64,000 bases of DNA from Halarcobacter sp. (GTDB taxonomy: Bacteria; Campylobacterota; Campylobacteria; Campylobacterales; Arcobacteraceae), in the NCBI GenBank assembly GCA_963676565.1, contig OY781089.1:1376001-1440000 (forward strand), in the 5' to 3' direction. How positions within the stretch are numbered: position 1 is the stretch's first letter; each line of letters opens with the position of its first letter. Positions 9,814-18,809 of the stretch are shown here, one piece after another. Under the pieces are notes generated by a model. It searched no databases. It had not been told where the DNA came from and was given only the letters and a program-made list of their open reading frames with translations. A program made the translations under genes and the position numbers.

Positions 9814-12498
9814 ATGAATAACTTTACTATAGGTAAAAAAATAGGGATAGTAGTTACTTTAATTTCTGTAATTGCTTTAATCATTGGAATTGTAGTTTTG
9901 CAGTATCAAAAGTCTCATCTAAAAGATGAAGTTTATGAACGAGATGCATTGAGTCTTCAGCATATGTCTGAAGATAATATTAATGCAAAGTTTGGTGTAG
10001 GTATTTCAAATGCAGTATCTATTGCTAATGATGGTATGTTAAAAAAGTCATTAAAAGAAAATAATAGAGAAATAGCTATTAATGCCTTATCTAAACTTAG
10101 TAAAGCAATGAAAGATTCAACTGATTTTAAAAACATTAAAGTTCATATTCATACAAAAGATAATAAATCTTTTCTTAGAGCATGGAGACCAGATAAGTTT
10201 GGAGATGATCTTAGTAGTTTTAGACATAGTGTAGTTCAAGTAAATTCAACAAAAAAAGCTGTAAATACCTTTGAACTTGGGAAAGCTGGATTATCTATTA
10301 GGTCAGTTATGCCAATTATGGACGAGGGAACTCATTTAGGTTCTTTAGAGTTTGTTCAAGGCTTAAATTCCGTTGCAAAAATATTTAACAAACAAGAAAA
10401 AGGTTTTCTTCTTTTAATGGATAAAAGAAAATCTTCAGTAAAACTTTTTAATGAAGAGTTAATATATAAGACTAATTATGTAATCTCACAAAATTTTTTA
10501 AATGAAGATTTTTTCAATGATGCAAAAAATATAAACTTAGATGAACTATTAAAAAACAAAACATATCTTACTGATAAATATCTTTATACATATGAAGTTG
10601 TTAAGGATTTTAGAGGAGAAGAGTTAGGTATTGTAATTTTAGCAGATACAATGAAACATGTAAATTCTGCAGTTGAAGATGCAGAAACTATAATCAACAC
10701 TGCACTAATTTTAATAGTATCACTTTTAGTTTTCATTTTAATTTTTATAACTTTGACAATTAGAAAAATTGTAATTACTCCTTTAAATGAGCTAAGAAAT
10801 GGAATTGATGAGTTAACTAACAATTCAAATAGTTCTTCTATGAAAATTACAAAAAAATCAGATGATGAACTTGGTTTAGTTGTAGATAGTTTTAATAATT
10901 ATTTACAATTTATTGAAGATGGAATTAAACAAGATGGTGTAGTTATCAATGAAGCAATTGATATTATAGAAAAAACAAAAAATGGTTTTTATTCATATAA
11001 TATTAATTCAAAAGCAAACTCTCCACAAGTTGAAGAGTTTAAAAATAAAGTTAACGAGATGTTGGATATAACAAAAGATAATCTTAGTATGGTTACAAAG
11101 GCACTTATCGAATTTGGTAATGCTAGATATAATTATACAATTGATGCAAAAAGTTCAGGAAATATAGGTTCATTAATTAAAGGAACAAACTCTTTAGGAA
11201 GTTCAGTTTCTGAAATTTTATGTATGATTGATAATACAAGTAAAAGAGTTTCAAACAATGCAGAAGAGTTAGCAGCAACTTCTGAGCAATTATCAGCATC
11301 TTCTACCCAACAAGCTGCTTCTTTAGAGGAAACAGCAGCTGCTGTTGAAGAGATAACATCAACAATTACTCAAACAGATGAAAAGACGAAAAAGATGTTA
11401 GAAATTTCAAGTGAATTATCTAATACAAGTAAAAAAGACAATGAATTAGCACATAAAACTGGTAGCTCAATGGAAGAGATTAATAAAGCTACAAATGATA
11501 TTGTTGATGCAATTACAATAATTGACCAAATCGCTTTCCAGACAAATATTCTTTCACTTAATGCAGCTGTTGAAGCTGCAACAGCAGGAGAAGCAGGGAA
11601 AGGCTTTGCCGTAGTAGCTCAAGAAGTTAGAAATCTAGCAGCAAGAAGTGCTGAGGCAGCTAAAGAGATTAAAGATATTGTTACATTTGCCCAAGAAAAA
11701 ACAAAAGAGGGTAAAGAAACAGCAGATATTATGGTTGAAAGTTTCAAGACTTTGAATAAAAGAGTTCAAGATGTTACTGCATTAGTTGGTGAGGTATCTA
11801 CAGCTTCTGAAGAACAAAAACAAGGAATGATTCAAATTAATGATGCAGTAAATCAATTAGATAAGGCTACTCAAGAAAATGCAAATGCCTCTGAAACTGT
11901 TTCAAGTAAAGCTATGGCATTAAGTGAATTATCTGCACAACTTGTATCTATTATTAATAGAACTTCATTTGATAAATCAAAAGCAAATAGTGTTTGTGAT
12001 GTAAACTTGGTTTTTGATACCACAAAATTAAAACTTGACCATGTAAATTTCAAAGAAACAAATTTTGTAAGACTTGGAGATGGGAAAAATTGGACAGTGA
12101 AAAATCACCATGAATGTGATTTAGGTAAATGGATTGAAGCTCATAAAAATGAACCATTTACTAATAATTCTGATTGGCAAGAGTTTTTAAAAGCTCATGA
12201 AGAAGTTCATTCAAATGTTCAAGAATATATCAATGTTGATAGTGTAAACAAAAGAGATGAAAGACTTCCTTCTATTGCAAGAAATATTGAAGAGAGCACT
12301 ACTAAAGTATTTGATTATATTGATAAAATAAAAGTTCATAAATGTGAAGAGATGAAGATTGAACGGGAACGTGAAGTTTCAACTAAGAAAATAAATGACA
12401 ATAAAAAATATGAATCAAGTCATGAGAAAAAAGAGTATTCTAAGCCTAAAACTATAGAATCTCAAAACAATAATAATGATGAATGGGAAAGCTTTTAA
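9814..12498 (+). CDS. Methyl-accepting chemotaxis protein: periplasmic Cache-like domain, HAMP, signalling domain, C-terminal CZB domain
   Basis: Two TM helices, [30 protein letters not shown]-like H...HHECDLGKW...H, terminal EWESF. ATG 9814 follows GAGGA; the track start is 9799. Confidence 0.9.
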   Translation: MNNFTIGKKIGIVVTLISVIALIIGIVVLQYQKSHLKDEVYERDALSLQHMSEDNINAKFGVGISNAVSIANDGMLKKSLKENNREIAINALSKLSKAMKDSTDFKNIKVHIHTKDNKSFLRAWRPDKFGDDLSSFRHSVVQVNSTKKAVNTFELGKAGLSIRSVMPIMDEGTHLGSLEFVQGLNSVAKIFNKQEKGFLLLMDKRKSSVKLFNEELIYKTNYVISQNFLNEDFFNDAKNINLDELLKNKTYLTDKYLYTYEVVKDFRGEELGIVILADTMKHVNSAVEDAETIINTALILIVSLLVFILIFITLTIRKIVITPLNELRNGIDELTNNSNSSSMKITKKSDDELGLVVDSFNNYLQFIEDGIKQDGVVINEAIDIIEKTKNGFYSYNINSKANSPQVEEFKNKVNEMLDITKDNLSMVTKALIEFGNARYNYTIDAKSSGNIGSLIKGTNSLGSSVSEILCMIDNTSKRVSNNAEELAATSEQLSASSTQQAASLEETAAAVEEITSTITQTDEKTKKMLEISSELSNTSKKDNELAHKTGSSMEEINKATNDIVDAITIIDQIAFQTNILSLNAAVEAATAGEAGKGFAVVAQEVRNLAARSAEAAKEIKDIVTFAQEKTKEGKETADIMVESFKTLNKRVQDVTALVGEVSTASEEQKQGMIQINDAVNQLDKATQENANASETVSSKAMALSELSAQLVSIINRTSFDKSKANSVCDVNLVFDTTKLKLDHVNFKETNFVRLGDGKNWTVKNHHECDLGKWIEAHKNEPFTNNSDWQEFLKAHEEVHSNVQEYINVDSVNKRDERLPSIARNIEESTTKVFDYIDKIKVHKCEEMKIEREREVSTKKINDNKKYESSHEKKEYSKPKTIESQNNNNDEWESF

Positions 12499-12564
12499 GC
12501 TTTCTTATTCTAGTGATTAACAATCTATTAACTTTTCATTACTTTATGATTAATACAAAACTAT

Positions 12565-12570
12565 TATAAT
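12565..12570 (+). promoter_or_regulatory. sigma70 -10 box for the putative sRNA
   Basis: TATAAT 6 nt upstream of the structured block starting at about 12577. Confidence 0.55.
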
Positions 12571-12576
12571 TTTCAT

Positions 12577-12695
12577 ATGGAAAGAGAAAGGACGTGCGAA
12601 ATCCTTTCTCAGTTAATTTAAAAATAGCGAATTTTTAAGTTTTCCAAATTTGTTTCCTTGTGTGTGAAAAGGTTCCTTAGGGAACCTTTTTTTTT
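12577..12695 (+). ncRNA. Putative stand-alone structured small RNA (about 120 nt)
   Basis: TATAAT upstream. Outer stem TGGAAA/TTTCCA encloses hairpins GAGAAAGGA/TCCTTTCTC and AATTTAAAAAT/ATTTTTAAGTT; then single-stranded TTTGTTTCCTTGTGTGTG and a strong terminator. Confidence 0.65.
12667..12695 (+). terminator. Intrinsic terminator
   Basis: AAAAGGTTCC-TTAG-GGAACCTTTT followed by further Ts (T9 in total). Confidence 0.85.
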
Positions 12696-12760
12696 ACCCA
12701 AAATAAAGTAGACTACTGCTAATATTCGCTCCATGAAAAACTACCTAAGACTTATTATCA

Positions 12761-14803
12761 ATGCCTTTATCTAATTTAAACGAAGACCAATTAAGTGCTG
12801 CAACATGTGAAAAAGGGTTTAACCTTATTATTGCTAGTGCTGGTACGGGAAAAACTTCTACAATTGTAGGAAGAATTGCAAATTTAATTAATAATGGCGT
12901 AAAACCTGAAGAGATACTACTATTAACTTTTACAAATAAAGCAGCTGCTGAAATGGTTACAAGGGTTGCTAAATTTTTTGGAAAAGATACAGCAAAAAAG
13001 ATTATGGCTGGAACTTTTCACTCTGTATCTTATAAACTTTTAAAAGAGTTAAATATAAATATAACTCTAAAGCAACCAAGTGAATTAAAGACATTATTTA
13101 AATCTTTATATGAAAAAAGAGTTTTTTATGATAGAAATGATGAGGCTAATCCATATGATGGGGGTTATTTGTATGACCTTTATTCTTTATATCTAAACTC
13201 TAATGATGGAGAAGATTTAGGAACATGGATTAAAAATAAAAATGAAGCCCATGAGATTTATACTCCAATATATGAAGATGTTGTTTTAGAATTTAATGAG
13301 TTAAAAGTAAAGTATGGATATGCAAATTTTGATGATTTATTAACTATTATGCTGGATACTTTAAAAGAAAGTGAATTTCCTTTTAAAGAGATACTTGTGG
13401 ATGAATATCAAGATACTAACCCTTTACAAGGAAGACTTTTAGATGCTTTTAAACCAAAATCACTATTTTGTGTAGGTGATTATGACCAAAGTATTTATGC
13501 TTTTAATGGTTCAGATATTGGGATTATCTCAACTTTTTCAACTAGATATAACAATGCAAATGTTTTTACATTAAGGAAAAACTATCGTTCTTCTAGACCT
13601 ATTTTAGATTTAGCTACAAAAGTTATTGAACACAATGAAAGAATATATGAAAAACATCTGCAGGTTATGAGAAATGATGTATCAATTCCACCAAAACTTT
13701 TAGCTTTTAATGAGCTTTTTGCACAATATCATCATATTTCTGATTTGATTTCAAAAAGTTCAACCCCACATAATGAGATTGCAATTATCTTTAGAAATAA
13801 TTCAAGTGCTGATGGGATAGAAGCAAACCTAAGAGAATATGGAATCCCAGCTAAAAGAAAAGGGGGAATGTCTTTTTTTGATTCTGTTGAGGTTAAATTT
13901 GTTTTAGATTTACTAGTTATGCAATTAAGCCATAATGATATGATGGCCTTTATTCATATTTTAGAGCATGGGAAAGGTATTGGAAAGGCAATTTCAAAGG
14001 ATATCTTTGATGCCTTAATTAAATTAGGCCATGGTGACATTTTTAAAGGCTTATTTCATCCAGATGATTCAATTTTAAATCCATACGAATCAAATAGAGT
14101 CAAAAATATACAACTTGGTCTTTTTGATGATTTTGTTGAATTAGGCTCAGTATCAAAATTTAAAGATTGTGGTTTTGAAGAGGCATTTTTAGGAAACCCA
14201 ATTTTAAAACACCCAAAACTTACAGTTGATGGAGCAAAATATATTTATGATTTTTATCTACTAATAAAACAAATTAGAAGAACTAAAAATCCAGATTCAT
14301 TAATTGCATCTATTACAGGATCTATGCTTTATTCAAGACTTAAAGATTTTCTTTCTATAAAAAGAGCAACCCAAAAAGATGGAACAGTAAATCCTGTACA
14401 AAAGGCAAAGGCATTAGCAAAATTAAATAGAAAAGTGATGCTTTTAAAACAGCTTTCAAGAAATTTTAATGACCTGTCAAAGTTTGTAAACTCAATGATT
14501 TTAGGTGGTGGTGAGATGAGTGAAGGTGAAGGGGTAAATCTTCTTTCTGTTCACGCAAGTAAAGGTTTAGAGTTTAAAGAGGTTTTTGTAATTGATTTGA
14601 TGGATGGAAGATTTCCAAACAGAAAATTGATGAGTAAAGGTGGAAGTTTAGAAGAGGAAAGAAGACTTTTTTATGTTGCAGTAACTAGAGCAAAAGACGT
14701 ACTTTATTTAAGTTATGCCAAGTTTGATAAAATCAAAAAAATGGATTTTATCCATTCTCCATTTTTAAAAGAAGCAGGATTAATTAAAAAAGAATCTGAA
14801 TAA
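12761..14803 (+). CDS. ATP-dependent DNA helicase, UvrD/Rep family
   Basis: ASAGTGKT, LTFTNKAA, VDEYQD, VGDYDQSIY, HASKGLEF, EERRLFYVAVTRA. Confidence 0.92.
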   Translation: MPLSNLNEDQLSAATCEKGFNLIIASAGTGKTSTIVGRIANLINNGVKPEEILLLTFTNKAAAEMVTRVAKFFGKDTAKKIMAGTFHSVSYKLLKELNINITLKQPSELKTLFKSLYEKRVFYDRNDEANPYDGGYLYDLYSLYLNSNDGEDLGTWIKNKNEAHEIYTPIYEDVVLEFNELKVKYGYANFDDLLTIMLDTLKESEFPFKEILVDEYQDTNPLQGRLLDAFKPKSLFCVGDYDQSIYAFNGSDIGIISTFSTRYNNANVFTLRKNYRSSRPILDLATKVIEHNERIYEKHLQVMRNDVSIPPKLLAFNELFAQYHHISDLISKSSTPHNEIAIIFRNNSSADGIEANLREYGIPAKRKGGMSFFDSVEVKFVLDLLVMQLSHNDMMAFIHILEHGKGIGKAISKDIFDALIKLGHGDIFKGLFHPDDSILNPYESNRVKNIQLGLFDDFVELGSVSKFKDCGFEEAFLGNPILKHPKLTVDGAKYIYDFYLLIKQIRRTKNPDSLIASITGSMLYSRLKDFLSIKRATQKDGTVNPVQKAKALAKLNRKVMLLKQLSRNFNDLSKFVNSMILGGGEMSEGEGVNLLSVHASKGLEFKEVFVIDLMDGRFPNRKLMSKGGSLEEERRLFYVAVTRAKDVLYLSYAKFDKIKKMDFIHSPFLKEAGLIKKESE

Positions 14804-14823
14804 AATTAAAAAATAAACATAAA

Positions 14824-14843
14824 TGAGACACTATTGAGACACT
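14824..14843 (+). promoter_or_regulatory. Tandem direct-repeat operator with 11-bp period
   Basis: TGAGACACT at 14824 and 14835, just upstream of a -10-like TACCAT/CATAAT. Confidence 0.5.
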
Positions 14844-14881
14844 TTTGTGTTACCATAATAAATCACACATTAGGAATTTAT

Positions 14882-15202
14882 ATGCAAAAGATTGAAGTCT
14901 CAAAGTTAAGTAAAGTTATTGCAAATAAAGAGGAAAATGATTTAAAAGAAATCAATTTTGCAATTAATGAAGTAAATCAAATTCTTCAACTTGAGATGGT
15001 AAGAGAAACTCAAATAAAGCATAAACTTAATGAGGTTTTTAAACCTAGTACTATTTCTACTTTAAAAACTCATTTAGTAAATATTCAAAAAAATATTGAA
15101 CATCTAAATATTTTTTTACTAATGTTAAAATCAAAAATCCAGATTGAAGTTTCAGAAAAAATAGATTTTTCAAAAGCAACTCCAATTTCAAAATTTTTAT
15201 AA
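14882..15202 (+). CDS. Hypothetical helical/coiled-coil protein (106 aa)
   Basis: ATG 14882 follows AGGA; the track uses an upstream TTG at 14834. No recognisable motif. Confidence 0.65.
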   Translation: MQKIEVSKLSKVIANKEENDLKEINFAINEVNQILQLEMVRETQIKHKLNEVFKPSTISTLKTHLVNIQKNIEHLNIFLLMLKSKIQIEVSEKIDFSKATPISKFL

Positions 15203-15238
15203 ATATACTGCCTTAACTTATATAAATCAATATTTAGA

Positions 15239-15409
15239 TATAATCGCGCATAATTTTTAACAAGGCTTTCTCGAAGAGAGTGCAAAGCACAAAATTCTTA
15301 AAGCCCTTTAGTTTTTACTACTTTTAAGTGGATTTAATATCTACTGATAAAAAGTAGACAAATTTTTAAAAGGTTCTCTAAAAATTGGGAATCAATTTTA
15401 AGGAATAAA
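15239..15409 (+). promoter_or_regulatory. valS promoter and structured 5' leader
   Basis: TATAAT at 15239-15244, then about 160 nt containing five stems before the AAGGA RBS. Confidence 0.5.
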
Positions 15410-18031
15410 ATGAGTAATAAATACGAACCATCAAAAGTAGAAGATAACTATTATAAAATCTGGGAAGATAGAGGTTATTTTGAAATAGATGGAAACAAAG
15501 ATATTCAGGAAGAGGGTAAAAATTTTGCAATTATGATGCCACCACCAAATGTAACAGGAAGTTTACATATTGGTCATGCCTTAACATTTACACTTCAAGA
15601 TATTATTACTAGATTTAAAAGAATGGATGGGTTTAAAACTTTATGGCAACCTGGAACTGATCATGCTGGAATTGCAACACAAAATGTTGTTGAAAAACAA
15701 TTATTAGCAGAAGGTACTACTAAAGAAGAGATAGGTCGTGAGAAGTTTTTAGAGAGAGCTTGGCTACAAAAAGAGACTAGTGGTGGAAATATTGTTCATC
15801 AAATGAGAAAACTTGGTGTTACTCCAGCTTGGAAAAGAGAAAGATTTACAATGGACGAAGGGCTTAAAGAAGCTGTTAAAGAAGCTTTCGTTTCATTATA
15901 TAATGATGGGTATATTACACAAAACAATTATATGGTAAATTGGTGTACACACGATGGTGCTTTATCAGATATTGAAGTTGAGCATGAAGAGGTAAATGGA
16001 AAATTTTACCATATGAATTATCACTTTGCAGATGGTTCGGGACATGTAACTGTTGCAACAACTAGACCTGAAACATATTTTGGGGATACAGCTATTATGG
16101 TTCATCCAGATGATGAAAGATACACAGACATCGTTGGAAAAGAAGTTGTTCTTCCATTAACTGAAAGAAAAATAAAAGTTATTACTGACTCTCACGTTGA
16201 TATGGAATTTGGAACTGGTGTTGTAAAAGTAACTCCAGCTCACGACCAAAACGACTACGAAGTAGGTAAAAGACACAATTTAGAGTTTATTACTTGTTTT
16301 GATGACAAGGGTATTTTAAATGATTATTGTGGAGAATTTGCTGGATTAGAAAGATTAGAAGCTAGAGAACCAATTGTAAAAAAACTTCAAGAAGAAGGTT
16401 TTATTGTAAAAATTGATGAACATGTTCATCAAGTAGGGCATTGTTATAGATGTAAAAATATTGTTGAGCCATTTATTTCTCAACAATGGTTTTTATCTGA
16501 AAAAGTAGCACAATCTTCAATTGCAAAAACAAAGGCACACAATAATTTCCATCCACAACATTGGATAAATTCATATACAGCTTGGATGGATGAATTGAGA
16601 CCTTGGTGTATCTCAAGACAATTATGGTGGGGGCATAGAATCCCAGTATTTACTTGTGACTCATGTAATCACCAATGGGCAGATACTCAAGATGAACCAG
16701 AAGCTTGTCCTAAATGTGGAAATAAACACTATACTCAAGATCCAGATGTATTAGATACATGGTTTTCTTCAGCTTTATGGGCTATGTCTCCTCTTGGTTG
16801 GGGAAATAAAGGGAAACTTCCTGAACTTTATAATCTTGAAGAGGATATGAAAAACTTCTATCCAAATTCATTACTTATTACTGGTTTTGATATTATGTTT
16901 TTCTGGGTTGCTAGAATGATGATGATGGGTGATCACTTTATGGGTGAGTTACCATTTAAAGATATTTATATGCATGCCCTTGTTAGAGATGAACATGGTG
17001 CAAAAATGTCAAAATCAAAAGGAAACGTAATTGATCCACTTGATATGGTTGAGGAGCATAGTGCTGATATTATCAGATTTACACTTGCTTATTTAGCAGT
17101 TCAAGGAAGAGATATAAAACTTGGAGCAAAAAATTTAGAACAATTTAGAAACTTTACAAATAAGCTTTATAATGCTTCTAATTTCTTAACTTTAAATGTT
17201 GATACATTCCCTGATTTAAAAGATGTTGAAATTAAAACACCACTAGGTATTTATATGCAAAGTAGATTATCTCATGCAGTTGATGAGGTAAGAGATACTT
17301 TAGAAAACTTCAAATTCAATGAAGCTGCTTCAACACTATATAGATTTGTTTGGACAGAGTTTTGTGATTGGGGTATTGAGTACTCAAAAGCTAGTAAAGA
17401 ATCAATTGTAGAACTAGGAGCAATCTTTAAAGAGACACTTAAAATGGTTTCTCCATTTATGCCTTTTATTTCAGATTATCTTTACCATAAACTAAGTGGT
17501 ACTTCTTTGGAAAATGGAGATAAATCATTAATGGTTTCTACTTTCCCAAAAGAGGTTAAAAAAGATGAGCAGATTGAAGAGATGTTTGCAATTATTGAAG
17601 AAGCAATTACAGCTCTTAGACGTGCAAAAGTAGTTATAGATATGGGTAATTCTAAAATTGCAAAAGCTTATATAAAACTAGACAAACAAATAGATACTGA
17701 AGTAGCTAAGCCTTTTATTGAAAAATTAGCAAAGGTTGAAGATATTGAGTTTGTAGAAGCTAAAGTTGAAAACTCTATTACTGATGTAAGTGATAATTTA
17801 GAGGTTTATTTACCAACTGGTGAGATTGATATGACACCAATTATTTCAAAACTTGAAAAACAAAAAGAGAAAGTTGAAAAAGAAGTAAATAAACTAAATG
17901 GAATGCTTTCAAATGAAAGATTTGTAGCAAATGCTCCTGAAGCAGTTGTACTTGAAAACAAACAAGCTTTAGAAGATGCTAAAGCAAAACTAGAAAAAAT
18001 TGAAAACGAATTAAAAACTCTTGGTTTATAA
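15410..18031 (+). CDS. valS: Valine--tRNA ligase
   Basis: PPPNVTGSLHIGH, WCISRQLWWGH, DPDVLDTWFSS, KMSKS, C-terminal coiled coil. Confidence 0.97.
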   Translation: MSNKYEPSKVEDNYYKIWEDRGYFEIDGNKDIQEEGKNFAIMMPPPNVTGSLHIGHALTFTLQDIITRFKRMDGFKTLWQPGTDHAGIATQNVVEKQLLAEGTTKEEIGREKFLERAWLQKETSGGNIVHQMRKLGVTPAWKRERFTMDEGLKEAVKEAFVSLYNDGYITQNNYMVNWCTHDGALSDIEVEHEEVNGKFYHMNYHFADGSGHVTVATTRPETYFGDTAIMVHPDDERYTDIVGKEVVLPLTERKIKVITDSHVDMEFGTGVVKVTPAHDQNDYEVGKRHNLEFITCFDDKGILNDYCGEFAGLERLEAREPIVKKLQEEGFIVKIDEHVHQVGHCYRCKNIVEPFISQQWFLSEKVAQSSIAKTKAHNNFHPQHWINSYTAWMDELRPWCISRQLWWGHRIPVFTCDSCNHQWADTQDEPEACPKCGNKHYTQDPDVLDTWFSSALWAMSPLGWGNKGKLPELYNLEEDMKNFYPNSLLITGFDIMFFWVARMMMMGDHFMGELPFKDIYMHALVRDEHGAKMSKSKGNVIDPLDMVEEHSADIIRFTLAYLAVQGRDIKLGAKNLEQFRNFTNKLYNASNFLTLNVDTFPDLKDVEIKTPLGIYMQSRLSHAVDEVRDTLENFKFNEAASTLYRFVWTEFCDWGIEYSKASKESIVELGAIFKETLKMVSPFMPFISDYLYHKLSGTSLENGDKSLMVSTFPKEVKKDEQIEEMFAIIEEAITALRRAKVVIDMGNSKIAKAYIKLDKQIDTEVAKPFIEKLAKVEDIEFVEAKVENSITDVSDNLEVYLPTGEIDMTPIISKLEKQKEKVEKEVNKLNGMLSNERFVANAPEAVVLENKQALEDAKAKLEKIENELKTLGL

Positions 18032-18036
18032 GGCTT

Positions 18037-18795
18037 ATGATGGCAGTGAAAAATATATTAATCATTTTTATAACTTCACTGCTGTTTACAGCATGTGTAC
18101 CAAAACAAGATGATGTAAAGTCAGTTTTTCAAACAAACTCTGCAACTATAATAAAAAAAGATTATAAAGATATTCAAAAACATCTAATCTCTTTAAAAAA
18201 GAAACTAGACCTTAGAAACCCAAAATCCTTTAGTAAAAAGTATGAAAAAAGAATTTATACACTACTAAATGAGATGGATGGAAGTTTTGTATTAAAATAT
18301 AAAAATCAAGTTTTAACAAAATATAAAGATTATCTACAAATTGCTTTTAGTAAAGATGATATTGTAAATAGAAATGATTATTTGATTTTAGGTATTTATT
18401 ATCTTATTCATGATACTTATAATTTAAATGATTCCCATAAAATTGGTGCTTTTGAATATGATGAAGAAAAACTTAAAAAAATGCATGCAAATCTACAAAT
18501 TATTAGATGGAAGATTAAGTATGACAAAGATTTAAATGGAAACTATTTATTTTTAACTTGGCAAAATAACTGGCAAGTTGAACTTCAAAAAATCTTTAAA
18601 GAAGAGATTATTGATTACTCTAAAATTAAAGATTTAAAATATATAAAAGAAAACAAAGAGACTATTTTTAGTTCATCAAATTTTTCATTTGAAGTTTTAT
18701 TAACTCAAATGATTGATGATGTTGAAAACTCTTTGCAAGCTTTAGGGGAAGAGCCTAAAGAACTTACAGTAAAAACTTTATTTTTATTCCTATAA
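18037..18795 (+). CDS. Hypothetical lipoprotein
   Basis: Lipobox LFTAC after a hydrophobic signal. Confidence 0.75.
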   Translation: MMAVKNILIIFITSLLFTACVPKQDDVKSVFQTNSATIIKKDYKDIQKHLISLKKKLDLRNPKSFSKKYEKRIYTLLNEMDGSFVLKYKNQVLTKYKDYLQIAFSKDDIVNRNDYLILGIYYLIHDTYNLNDSHKIGAFEYDEEKLKKMHANLQIIRWKIKYDKDLNGNYLFLTWQNNWQVELQKIFKEEIIDYSKIKDLKYIKENKETIFSSSNFSFEVLLTQMIDDVENSLQALGEEPKELTVKTLFLFL

Positions 18796-18809
18796 AAAAG
18801 ACAAAGCAA

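Noticed and set aside
12577..12695. c-di-GMP riboswitch, SRP RNA or 6S RNA
   Set aside because: I could not find the conserved motifs or the long-rod shape of these families; a formal Rfam scan is still needed.
15250..15409. T-box riboswitch upstream of valS
   Set aside because: No UGGNACC antiterminator bulge, specifier stem or U-tailed terminator.
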